From positions 1,178,001 through 1,242,000 of the forward strand of contig JAWMAR010000471.1 of assembly GCA_036785375.1 (NCBI GenBank): a stretch of 64,000 bases of DNA, written 5' to 3'. Made by a program: the position numbers and the translations under genes. Shown piece after piece: positions 26,386 through 38,829 of this stretch (its first letter is position 1; each line of letters starts with the position of its first letter). The DNA comes from Leucoraja ocellata. Lineage: Eukaryota. Under the pieces are notes generated by a model. That model had not been told where the DNA came from, made no database searches, and worked only from the letters and a program-made list of their open reading frames with translations.

Positions 26386-27522
26386 TATTGTATTGGGTGT
26401 TCAGAATTGATGTAGATAGAGAACTGGTTGGCAGACAGGAAGCAAAGAGTAGGAGTAAACGGGTCCTTTTCACAATGGCAGGCAGTGACTAGTGGGGTAC
26501 CGCAAGGCTCAGTTCTTGGACCCCAGCTATTTACGATATATATTAATGATTTGGAAGAGGGAATTGAATGCAACATCTCCAAGTTTGCGGATGACACGAA
26601 GCAGGGGGGCAGTGTTAGCTGTGAGGAGGATACTAGGAGGCTGCAAGGTGACTTGGATAGGCTGTGTGAGTGGGCCAATGCATGGCAGATGCAGTATAAT
26701 GTGGATAAATGTGAGGTTATCCACTTTGGTGGCAAAACAGGAAAGTAGATTATTATCTGAATGGTGGCCGATTAGGAAAGGGGGAGATGCAACGAGACCT
26801 GGATGTCATGGTACACCAGTCATTAAAAGTAGGCATGCAGGTGCAGCAGGCAGTGAAGAAGGCAAATGGTATGTTAGCATTCATAGCAAAATGATTTGAG
26901 TATAGGAGCAGGGAGGTTCTACTGCAGTTGTACAGGGTCTTGGTGAGACCACACCTGGGGTATTGCGTACAGTTTTGGTCTCCTAATCTGAGGAAATACA
27001 TTCTTTCCATAGCGGGAGTACAGAGAAGGTTCACCAGACTGATTCCTGGGATGTCAGGACTTTTATATGAAGAAAGACTGGATAGACTCGTTTTGTACTC
27101 GCTAGAATTTAGAAGATTGAGGGGGGGTCTTATAGAAATTTACAAAATTCTTAAGGGGTTGGACAGGCTAGATGCAGGAAGATTGTTCCCGATGTTGGGG
27201 AAGTACAGAACAAGGGGTAACAGTTTAAGGATAAGGGGGACATTTTTAAGACCGAGATGAGGAAAACGTTTTTCACACAGAGAGTGGTGAATCTCTGGAA
27301 TTCTCTCCCGTAGAAGGTAGTTGAGGCCAGTTCATTGGCTACATTTAAGAGGGAGTTAGATGTGGCCCTTGTGGCTAAGGGGATCAGGGGTTATGGAGAA
27401 AAGGCAGGTACAAGATACTGAGTTGGATGATCAGCCATGATCATATTGAATGTCGGTGCAGGCTCGAAGGGCCGAATGGCCTACTCCTGCACCTAATTAC
27501 TATGTTCTATGTTTATATGTTT
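26386..27522 (+). mobile_element. CR1 3' 1.1 kb
   Basis: SGVPQGSVLGP, KFADDTK, RPHL.YC motifs; ttctatgt tail. Confidence 0.94.
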
Positions 27523-28109
27523 CTGAACGCAGCTGCGTGGGTCCGAGCCCGAGACCGTGCCGCCGCTATCCTTACAGGGCTACAAACCAGCACCGCAGAT
27601 AACAGCAGTATCAGCTCAAGAGCGATGTTTGAGTCATTCCGCAGACGTTTTTCTCTCCAGCCGAGCAAGTAAATGCCCGCACGCCCATTTCTCTGCCGAG
27701 AGCATCTCTTGGGAGACGTTTCTCAAGCCTTCCGAGCCTCCGGTATCTGACGGATTCGAATAGTACATTCGCTTCCTTTAAGCCCAGGCGACCTGCTCTG
27801 GGCACATCGGTATGGGAGCAGGGTTATAGTGCTAGAAACGATATAAACACCGCCACTTTCCGACTCCCGATCTCCAGGTACGAGTGGCAATCCACCAGCC
27901 ACTGCTGCTCTCGCTGCCCTCCAGAAAAACGCTGGAATTCCCGCACTGAATGGAGATATCCCTTAAAAAGGAAAGTTTCCGCAGTCCAACGTTAGGTCAG
28001 ACTTCGAACTCTCGCTGCCTCTGTCCCCCTTCCTCCGGCAAAAAAACTTTTGAAAGGCCGTTTCGAAACTTCTCAGCGTCGGAGCAGAGATTGACACCAC
28101 GCCGTGGAG

Positions 28110-28370
28110 CCTGGCGACCGTGGATCTACGGAGAGAAGGTGACGTTTCGGGTCGAGACCCTTCTGCAGACTGATGTGGGGGTGGGGGTGCGGGAAGAAGA
28201 ATGGAAGAGGCGGAGACAGTGGGCTGTGGGGAGCTGGGAAGGGGAGGGGAGGGAGGGAGAAAGCAAGGACTACCTGAAATTGGAGAAGTCAATGTTCATA
28301 CCGCTGGGGTGTAAACTACCCAAGCGAAATATGAGGTGCCGCACCTCCAATTTGCGGTGGGACTCACTAT
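28110..28370 (-). mobile_element. Penelope-like terminal fragment
   Basis: Similar to 24700-24970 (gacgtttcgggtcgagaccctt...). Confidence 0.75.
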
Positions 28371-28434
28371 GTTCTGGGCCTCCCCCATGGCCAGAATGAG
28401 TTACGTAGATTAAGGCACAATAAATAAGACAGTT

Positions 28435-28478
28435 TCCCTCATGGTCCAGAGGTCCGGATTCGATTCCCGTTCAGTGAG
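28435..28478 (+). pseudogene. Internally deleted tRNA-Glu-like remnant (second copy 47130-47173 on -)
   Basis: TCCCTCATGGTCCAG followed directly by GGTCCGGATTCGATTCCCGTTCAG resembles the 5' end and T-arm/3' end of vertebrate tRNA-Glu, with no anticodon arm. Confidence 0.45.
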
Positions 28479-29663
28479 CCCCATTATGTTGGCAGAGTTG
28501 ACATATGGACACCTGGAGGAGTGTATCATCACTTCATTTATTAGCTGTTGGTTTGTGAACGAGAGTGCACGAGCAATGGTTGATTTTAGTACAAGATATC
28601 TTCATTTTAATTCATAATTGACAGAATATTTTATATTATTCACAGTTTGCGAGGGAAGAGGAGCAATAGGTAGATACAAAGTTAACCCCCAACCAGCCCC
28701 AATTTTGTAGTATCAGGGAACATTATGCGGCTTGCCGCCTCTTGAGTGCAAATGAACAGCAGGCAGTATCTCTACAGGAAAACGATAGATGACGTTTCTG
28801 GTCAGGATCCTTCTTCCGTCTGAAAGTAGGGCGAGGCTACTGGATGCAAGAGTAGGCCAGAACGAGGCAAGGGAGGCAACACGTGACTAGGAAATGAAGG
28901 AGCCCATAATGGCCCATTGTTGGCTGTGGAATAAGTGGTCACAAACAACTACAAAGATGCGAGCAGTACAACTAGCGTGATGACTATGTTGGGGGAGAGG
29001 GTGAGAGAAAGGGAGTCAAGCGACCTACGAGATGCTGTTCCTCCATTTTGTGCGTGGCCTCGCTCTAGCAGTTGAGGAGTACAACGACAGAATGGTTTAT
29101 ATGGGAATGGGTAGAGGTGTTAAAATGTTTGCCCACTGGGGAACGTAAAGGCCAATGTGGAAATTGATTTATTACCGTACATGGGAGCCACAGAGTCACG
29201 GAGTCACAGAGTGATACAGTGTGGTATCAGGACCTTCGGCCCAACTCGCCCACACCGGCCAACAATATCCCAGATACACCAGTCCCACTTGCCTGCGCTT
29301 GGTCCATATCCCTCCAAATCTCTCCTATCCAAGTAACTTTCTAACTGTTGCATAAACGACGGGATAGTCCCAGGCACAAGTACCTCTTGTCGCAGCTTGT
29401 TCCGTACATCCACCACCCTTTGTATGAAAATGTTTCCCCACCGAATCCTCTTAAATATGTTTCCCTTCTCCTTGATCCTATGTCCTCTGGTCGTAGATTC
29501 ACTGGGCAAACGACTCTGTGCATCTAACCGATATATTCATCTCGTGATTTTGTATTTCTGGCACTCCTCACATATAGCTTTACTTTCGGTAGAAGTTTTC
29601 CGAATACAGAAGGTATTTTAATCCCGGTATCTGTATGAAACTTTACACAATCTACATCATCCG

Positions 29664-30430
29664 GTAAATTTACATGGTAAATGGCAAGGGAATTGAAGAA
29701 TGCAGGTGAACAGAGGTATCTGGGGATAACTGTGTACAGTTCCCTGAAAATGGAATCTCATGTAGATAGGGTGGTAAAGAAAGCTTTTGGTGTGCTGGTC
29801 TTTACAAATCAGAGCATTGAGTATAGACGTTGGGATGTAATGTCAACATTGTACAAGGCATTGGTGAGGCCAATTCTGGAGTATGGTGTACAATTTTGGT
29901 CGCCTAATTATAGGAAGGATGTCAACAGAATAGAGAGAGTACAGTGGAGATTTACTAGAATGTTGCCTGGGTTTCAGCAACGAAGTTACAGAGAAAGGTT
30001 GAACAAGTTAGGGCTTTATTCTTTGGAGCGCAGAAGGTTAAGGGGAGACATGATAGAGGTCTTTAAAATGATGAGAGGGATATACAGAGTTGACGTGGAT
30101 AAGCTTTTCCCATTGAGAGTAGGGAAGATTCAAACAAGGGGACATGACTTGAGAATTAAGAGACTGAAGATTAGGGGTAACATGAGGGGGGACTTCTTTA
30201 CTCAGAGAGTGGTGGCTGTGTGGAATAAGCTTCCACTGAAGGTGGTGGAGGCAGGTTCGTTATTATCATTTAAAAATAAATTGGATAGTTATATGGACGG
30301 GAAAGGAATGGAGGGTTATGGTCTCAGCGCATGTATGTGGGACTAGGGGTGAATACGTGTTCGGCACGGACTAGAAGGGTCGAGATGGCCTGTTTCCGTG
30401 CTGTGATTGTTATATGGTTATTTGGTTATA
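29664..30430 (+). mobile_element. CR1 3' fragment (second subfamily), specific to duplicon A
   Basis: 221-aa ORF 29681..30346; inserted at catcatccg|ctgct with short atccg duplication; absent at the paralogous site ~49190. Confidence 0.92.
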
Positions 30431-30807
30431 TCCGCTGCTAAAACAGCAGATTATCCTCAAACCGAAAACCTCGTCAATGAGCAATGATACGTTTTTTTCA
30501 ATGATGAAAGGAAATCATCAAACAACACGATGCACCTATTCAACTGAAAATCTTCACTCGTTTTGAAAACAATATGTTCCAGGCATATGTATACATATTC
30601 GTGAAAACACATAAGTTGATTGAACGGGGCACATGGGAATGCGTACAAGAGGTGAGCCTCAATTGAGCCCATTAACCTCCGAAGCAGCTGGGCGTGTCCG
30701 ACAGGGCGAATGGACATAAAATGTCCACACATTAAATGCGGTATTTCCACATAAACCTTGCAGCAAAGCAACGCATGAAGCCCAGCTGGTCACTCGTTTT
30801 TGTTATA

Positions 30808-32961
30808 TTACTTTAACTTACACTTTACCGATTTAAATATTTTTCCAATGCAAATGATCGGATATGTTAGCACACGGAACAGCTCCTCTCTGAACTTGCT
30901 CTGGGTCACGGTGTAAATGGCCGTGTTGGTGCAGGAGCTCAGCAGTTGAAGCATATTTCCAACCTTTTCAAATTCTTCTGCGGGATTTTTCCATGCCTTG
31001 AACACAAACAGTTTCCAACTTCGAACCGCAATAAAATGTGCGACACTTGTGGCCCAGAGCAGGATGAAGGAGCTCGAGATTGCCAGAAGTAAACGACCGA
31101 CCGTCTGCGGTTCACCATCTCCTGGTCTTTCTTTCTCTCCCCACCGCTGAGGTCCCGGAGGTTCCTGCGGACCCGGCTGGCCACGAAAATACGTCTGACG
31201 GTGAGCGCGTTAAACAACAAAATCAGGCAGAATGGAATCACCGGGGTGAACAACTGTTCGGCCCAGGAGAACACCAACCATTCGGCATGAACGTAAAAAT
31301 CTACGAGTTTGAGGCAGCCCAGTTCTCCACCCATTCCGAGATAAGAAGTGTATGCAAAGGGCAAGGGTAGATTTTTGAGGCAGATGACCGGGCTCACCGT
31401 CAGGATAACAATCGTCGCGGTTCTCTCGGTGCAATATTTGTTTTTCATGTTCTGAGTAGAAATCGCAACAAAGCGATCAAAGGTGAAAGCGACCGTGAAC
31501 CACACAGAACAATTTACCGTGACCGATGCCAGGTAGATTGTTATTTTGCACACAGATGTGTAGGGCAAGGAGGCATGCCACCAATACATATCAGCAATCC
31601 GCTGAAATATCACCTCACAGAAAATCACAGAGAGGTCCGCGGTCGCCATGGCTACCATGTAACGAGTGATGCACTTGGAGAGGCCGCACTTGCCACGGGA
31701 CAGGATCAAAATCGCCATCAGATTCACTGGGAAAGAATGAAAACAGAAACTGATTAATTGTGTGGTGGGTGGGAGCAGATGCAGTCATTTAAACCTGTGT
31801 CGCCAGTGGTAGAGACTGTTTATTTAACGAATCAGTATTTGGGTCAATCATCCGTCAATCGTTTGCCAGAAAGATGTTCATTCAGTAACTTATTAAATTC
31901 CTGATTAGCAAAATTAGTGGGATTGCCTTATGTAGAAAATAATTACATAAAGCTGAAAATATTGGTACAAGAGGCAATCCGATTTTAGAAATCAGGAATT
32001 TAATCTGCAAATGGATAAAATACCGTTTACCAAGATTAGTGGGAGTTCCTTTTGTACTAATCTTCACAACATTATGCCAACCGTTTGATGTTGATGTAAA
32101 ATATATAATATTTTCAAGCGGTGAGTCAGTGTCTCTAATTTTTTTTTATTGCTGAGAAGTGGGCAACTTTTGAGTCGGGGCATGTAGTCAATCGCGGCCT
32201 GGATTAACGTGGTCTGTTTTCCATTGGGCCTTCGAGAATGCATCTCCCAACACGGGGCCAAGGAAAGGGATTCAGTGAAGCGCAGCAAATATAATTACAA
32301 ACCCCCTTCGCAAACACGGCTAACAACATAACGGGCAGATATTTTCTGCCGAGCAGCGGGCGGGCCTGTGTACTGCACCTGACAAGAGCCAATGGTGGTG
32401 TATCTCAGTGGCGCAAGTAATATCTCTGGAGGACATCGACAGGCGACGTAGTAAAATCAATACGGGCATTGATTTTAGTAAAAAAAGCCGTGAGGGCTAC
32501 ATTTCTGCCAGCTTGAATGAGCGGCATCCATCACATATCGCTCCTGAGGTGGATATCGCTTACTTTATTTTAGTTTAGGAATACAGCGCGAAAACACAAC
32601 ACCGGCCCACCTAATCCGCACCGATCGCGCACACTCACAACAGCCGGCACACACAAGGTACAATTTATTTTACTTATATGGAGCGTGGGAGCAAACCGAA
32701 GATCTCGGGGAAAACCCAAAAGGATACGGGGAGAACGTACAAACTCCGTACAGACAAGCGCTGTAAGACAGTTACTCTCGCGCCGCGCCAGCGTGCCGCC
32801 CGAACCCCCCGCTGGGCTACTCGCTATGTCCTCTTAACCTTTAATATTCTGCGCTCTTCAAACATGAGATGAACCGACGATTACCTACCAGGTATACCGA
32901 TTGCTGCCAGAATCGGATAATACACAAGTCCTATTTTTACCTCGATCGGAATATCGTGCAT
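30808..32961 (-). pseudogene. GPR139/142-like GPCR, copy 3; exons 32889..32961 and 30808..31726, single 1-bp frameshift near 31091
   Basis: Exon 1 MHDIPIEVKIGLVYYPILAAIGIP. Exon 2 is split into ORFs 30939..31727 and 30808..31005 by AAAA>AAA relative to the other copies. Confidence 0.85.
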
Positions 32962-33149
32962 TTTAATGCGACGGTCCAGGCGATCACTCCTTGTGCTGCC
33001 GCTCAGCGGTTGTCAGCGAAACAAACAAATATCTGGAATATTTATAATGCAAATAAATGGAAAAACAGGCAACGAGCTTACATCCCTGTGGACATTACTT
33101 ACACACTTCTGAACAAACATCTACTGTTTTCCGTGTAATACTAAAAATC

Positions 33150-36100
33150 ACCAGTCTTGAACTGTCCCCCCTGGGTCTGCACGCCCCCAACATCGGGAAC
33201 ATGGTTCGTGACTCTAGCGTGTCCAAACCCTTAATAACCTTATATATTTAAATAAGAACCCCTCTCATTCTTCCAAATTCCAGAGTATACAAGCTCAGTC
33301 GCTCCATTCTCTCAGCATGTAACAGCCCCAACATTCCGGGAATTAACCGTGTGAACTAACGCTGCATTCCCTCAGTAGCAAGACTGTTGGACCGGCTAGA
33401 TGCAGGAAAAATGTTCCGGATATTGACAGTCCAGAAACAGATGTCCCAGTTTAAGGATAAGTGGTAGGCCATTAAGAAACATAGAAACAGAAAATTCGAT
33501 GCCGGAGTAGGCCATTCGGTCCTTCGAGCCAGAACCGCCATTCAATGCGATCGTGGCAGATCATCTAAAATCAGTACCCCGTTCCTGTTTATTCCCCATA
33601 TCCTATGATTCCTTTAGCCCCAAGAGCTAAATCTAACTCTCTCTTGAAACATCCAGTGAATTGTCCTCCACTCTATTCTGTGGCAGAAAACTCCACAGAT
33701 TCACAAGTCTCTGGGTGAAATAGAATTCCCCTCATCTGAGTCCAAAATTACCTATCCTTATTCTTAAACGTTGACTCCCTGTTCTGGACACCCCCAACAT
33801 CGGGAACATGTTTCCTGCATCTAGCCCATCCAACCCTTTTAGAATTGTATGTTTCTATAAATCCCTCTCATCCTTCAAAATGCCCGTGAATACAAGCACA
33901 CTCAACCCATTCTTTCATCATATGTCAGTCCCGCCATCGCGGGAACTAATCTAGAGAACCGATGCTGAACTTCCTCAATAATAATCAAGTCCTTCCACAA
34001 ATTAGGAGACCAAAATCATTCACAAATGCGGCCTCAACAGGGCCCAAAACCACTTAGGACTGAGATAAGGAAAATCTATTTCACCCAGAGAGTTGTGAAT
34101 CGGTGGAATGCTCTAACAAAGAAGGCAATGGAGGGCAATTCACTGGAAGATTTCACGAGAGAGTTAGATTTAGCTCTTAGGGCTAATCGAAACAAGGGAT
34201 AGAAACATAGAAACATAGAAAATAGGTGCAGGAGTAGGCCATTGGGCCCTTCGAGCCTGCACCGCCATTCGATATGATCATGGCTGATCATCCAACTCAG
34301 TATCCCATCCCTGCCTTCTCTCCATACCCCCTGATCCCTTTAGCCACAAGGGCCACATCTAACTCCCTCTTAAATATAGTCAATGAACTGGCCTCAACTA
34401 CCTTCTGTGGCAAGGAGTTCCACAGATTCACCACTCTCGGTGTAAAACATGATTTTCTCATCTCGGTCCTAAAAGACTTCCCTCTTATCCTTAAACTGTG
34501 ACCCCTAGTTCTGGACTTCCCCAACATCGGGAACAATCTTCCTGCATCTAGCCTGTCCAACCCCTTAAGAATTTTGTAAGTTTCTATAAGATCCGCCCTC
34601 AATCTTTTGAATTCCAGCGTGTACAAGCCGAGTCTATCCAGTCTTTTTTCATATGAAAGTCCTGCCATCCCACGAATCAGTCTGGTTAACCTTCTCTGTA
34701 CTCCCTCTATGGCAAAAATGTATTTCCTCAGATTAGGAGACCAAAACTGTACGCAATACTCCAGGTGTGGTCTCACCAAGACCCTGTATAACTGCAGTAG
34801 AAACTCCCTCCTCTTATACTCAAAACGTTATGGGGGGAGAAAGCAGGAACGGGGTACTGATTTTAAATAGAAACATCGAAACATAGAAAAATAACTGCAG
34901 GAGGAGGGTATATGGCCCTTCGAGTCAGCACCGCCATGCATATTGATCGTGGCTGCTCATCCACTATCGGTAACGCGTGCCTGCCTCCTCATGTGTCTTG
35001 ATTCTCCCAGCCCCAATAGCTCTATCTCCCTCTCTTTTCATTTCATCCAGCGAATTGGCCTCCACTGCCCTTTGTGACAGAATTCCCCATATTCACAACT
35101 CTCTGGGTGAAAAAGATTTTTCTCATCTCAATTTTAAATGCCCTCCCCTTTACCCTTAGACGATGGCCCCTGGTTCTGGACTCCCATAGCAGTTGCAAAA
35201 AAAAATCCTGCATCTAGCGTGACCAGTCCTTTTATAATTGTTTCTTTTTCCACAAGGCGCCCTCTCATCTTTCTAAATTCCAGTGAATATATGCCCAATC
35301 TTTCTAATCTTTCCTCTTATGAGTCCCGCCATACCGTGGGTTACCCTTGTGAACCACGCTGCACTCCCTCCATAGCAAGGATTTCCTTCTCCAAATTGGG
35401 TGACCAAAACTGCACACAATACTGCCGATGTTGTCTCACCAAGGTCCTGCACAACAGCAGAAGGATCTGTACTACTATGCGCAAATCCTCACGTTATGAA
35501 GGCCAACATGCCATTAGCTTTCTTCACTACCTGGTGAACCTGAATGTTCGCATTAAGTGACTGGTGGACAAGGACACACAAGTCTCGTCGCACATCCCTT
35601 TTTCCCCAAATCTGACACAATTGAGATAATAATCACACACGTGTGAATGTGTGTGAATGTGTGTGAGTGTTTGGTGGTGGTCGGAGGGGCCGTAGGCGCA
35701 GATTAGCAGCCACGCTTCCGTCAGTCTGCCCCAGGGCAGCTGTGGCTACAGAAGTAGATCACCACCACCGAGTGTGACTGTGGAGTGAATGAATAATGCG
35801 ATGTAAAGCGCCTTGAGTATCTAGAAAGGCGCTATATAAATCCCATCCATTATTATTATTATTAATAATCTGCTTCCATGCTATTGCCGTCAAAGTGGAT
35901 AACCTCACATTTACCTACATTATGCAGCATCTGCCATGAATCTGCCCACTCACTCAATCTGTCCAGGTCATCTTACATCCACCTCGCATCCTCTTCGCAG
36001 TTCACACTGCATCCCGGCCTTGTGTCATCTGCAAATTTGCTCGTGTTACTTTTAAATGCATCAGATGTATCATTAATCTATATTGTCAATAGCTGCGGCC

Positions 36101-38000
36101 CCTGCATCGAGCCTTGCGGCATTCTACTCGCCACTGCCTGCCATTCTGAAGGTAACTCCTTCATCCATTTTACTTGTCACATTCTCAAAACATTCCAGAA
36201 GATTTGTCAAGCAGCATTTCCTCTTCATAAATCCATGCTGACTTGGACCAATCTTTTAATTGTGTGCAAATGCGCCGTTATTACGTCTTTGATAATTGAC
36301 TCCAGCATCTTCCCCAGCTCCGATGTCAGGCCAACTGTTCTCTAATTTCCCGTTTTCGCTCTCGCTCCTTTCTTGAAAAGTGGGATAACATCAACTACTC
36401 TCCAATCCACATGAACTGATCCTGAATCTATTGAACATTGGAAATGATCACCAATACGTCCACGGATTCTAGAACCACGACCTTGAGTCCCCTGAGATGT
36501 TGACCGTCAGATCCTAGGGATTTATCAGCCTTCAGTCCCAGCGGTTTACCCAATACTATTTATGGCCCAATGCAAATGTCTTTCAGTTTCTCCGTCTGTC
36601 TTATAGACAATAGACAATAAACAATAGGTGCAGGAGTAGGCCATTCGGCCCTTCGAGCCAGCAGCGCCATTCAATGTGATCATGACGGATCATCCCCAAT
36701 CAGCACCCCGTTCCTGCCTTCTCCCCATATCCCCTGACTCCGCTATTTTTAAGAGCCCTATCTAGATCACTCTTGAAAGCATCCAGAGAGCCCGCCTCCA
36801 CTGCCATCTGAAGTAGAGAATTCCATAGACTCACCACTCTCTGTGAGAAAAAGTGTTTCCTCGTCTCCGTTCTAAATGGCTTACTCCTTATTCTTAAATT
36901 GTGGCCCCTGGTTCTGGACTCCCCCAACATCGGGAACATGTTTCCTGCCTTTAGCGTGTCCAGGCCCTTAACTATCTTATATGTTTCAATGAGATCTCCT
37001 CTCATCCTTCTAAACTCCAGAGGGTACAAGACCAGCTGCTCTATTCTCTCAGCATATGAGAGTCCCGCCATCCCGGGAATTAACCTTGTAAACCTACGCT
37101 GTACTCCCTCAATAGCAAGAATGTCCTTCCTCAAATTAGGGGACGAAAACTGCACACAATACTGCAGATGTGGTCTCGCTAGGACTTTGTAATATGTCTC
37201 ACCAGTCTTCTAGTACATCTGGGAGATGTTTGTGTCTTAGTTAGCGAAAACGGAACTAAAGTACATGTACAACTCTTCTGACATTTCCTTGTTCCCCATA
37301 ATAATATCAACAGCTTCTGCTGTTAAGGGACCCACATCTGCCTTTCCTAATCTTTTTCTCTTAACATACCTAAATGTGTTTTTACAGCCCTTCTTTATAT
37401 TCCTGGCGAGCTTACCTTTATACTTCGTCTTTTCACACCGTATTGCCCTTTCTGTTACTTCTGATGTTTCCCAATCATCTAGCTTCCCGCCAGTCTTTGC
37501 TATTTTATTCATCTTTTCCTTTAGTTTTATACCGTCCGCAACATCCCTTGTCAGCCACGGTTGCCTCTTACTCCCCTTAGAATAGTTCTTCATCTTTGGA
37601 CTGAAATGATCCTGCATCTTCTGCATAATGGACAGAAATTCCTGCTATTGCTGTTTCTTCGTCATTACTGTTTGAATCATTTTCCAGTCGACCTTGGCCA
37701 GGTCTTCTCCCATGCCGTAATTCCCCTTTGTTCAACCGCAACACTGACAATTGTGATTTAACTTTCTCCCTCTCAAATTGCAGATTAAAACTTATCATAT
37801 GATGGTCACTACCTCCTTGCGGTTCCTTACCTAGATTTCCCCTACTAAATTTGGTGGATTAAACAACACTAAATCCAGAATTACCTTATCTCTTGTATGC
37901 ACCAATGCAAGTTGCTTTAAGAATCCATCTCAGAGGCACTCTACAAACTCCCTTTCTTGTGTTCCAGAACCAACCTGATTTCAGTCAGTCCCTCTGTCAA
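33150..38000. mobile_element. CR1 mosaic with nested younger CR1 3' ends (e.g. ~34200-34825, ~36605-37190)
   Basis: ORFs 34297..34779 and 36700..37155 are CR1 RT C-termini. Confidence 0.9.
35635..35862 (+). mobile_element. 5'-truncated SINE with Meta-domain-like core and L2-type tail
   Basis: ggtggtcggaggggcc...cagccacgcttccgtcagtctgccccagggcagctgtggctac core; gtaaagcgccttgag...aaggcgctatataaat; (TTA)n tail; TSD taataatc. Confidence 0.6.
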
Positions 38001-38419
38001 CCCTCGCAAGGGCGTCCATTTCACCCTCACCAACAGAGCTACCCCACCTCCAGTGCCCAAATGCCTGGATCATATTGAATGTCAGTGCTGTCTCGAAAGG
38101 AGAATGACCTACGCATACAGCTATTTTCTGTGGTTCTGTGTTTCACCATCCCTGCTGGTGACTGCATTCATTGCAATCTGTGTGTTACCTTTCACTGGGT
38201 CATTGACAGTCGGAATTATACCGGTACCCAACCCGACTGGGGCCTCGCGTTGACCTTTCGTCGATGTTATAAGCCGCGGTGCAGCAATTCCCACCACCTT
38301 TGGCCGTCCAGCCTCTCATCAAACAAACAAACAATAAAACAGGCCTTGCACTGGCCGTCCTGCATCATTGCGGAGTTGCACAGGGGAGCGGCTGCCTCGG
38401 CTGACAAAACACCTCCGCC

Positions 38420-38750
38420 ACCCGTTCAGTTTAGTTTATTTGTCACTTATACCAAGGTACAGAGAAAGACGTTTGTTGCATACTAACCAATCAGTGGAGA
38501 GAAAATACATGGTAACAATCGAACCATTCACAGTGTACAGCTATATAATAAGGGAATACAGTGCAAGATAAAGCCATCAGTCCGATAAGGTTAATCAGAG
38601 GGTCAGCGTTGAGATAGATAGTAGTGCAGGATTGCTCTCTAGTTGTGGCAGGATGGTTCAGTTGCCTGATAACCGCTGGGAAGACAATCTCCCTGAATCT
38701 GGAGGTGTGAGTTTGCACACTCCTATATATTCTGCCCGATTGGAGCGAGG
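38420..38750 (-). mobile_element. Rex1/Babar-like 3' fragment
   Basis: Minus-strand ORF contains THTSRFREIVFPAVIRQLN. Confidence 0.65.
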
Positions 38751-38829
38751 ACTGTGCGTTCACCCTATCCACTACCCCCCCCCCCCCCCCCCCCCCCCAA
38801 TATGTTCAGAAGCCTGAATTGTTCAAATT

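Noticed and set aside
38079-38260. Leader-like reading (..IQLFSVVLCFTIPAG|gtgact) followed by a TQPD-like motif
   Set aside because: Implied intron is very short, the spliced frame stops quickly, and there is no Cys/Trp framework or RSS.
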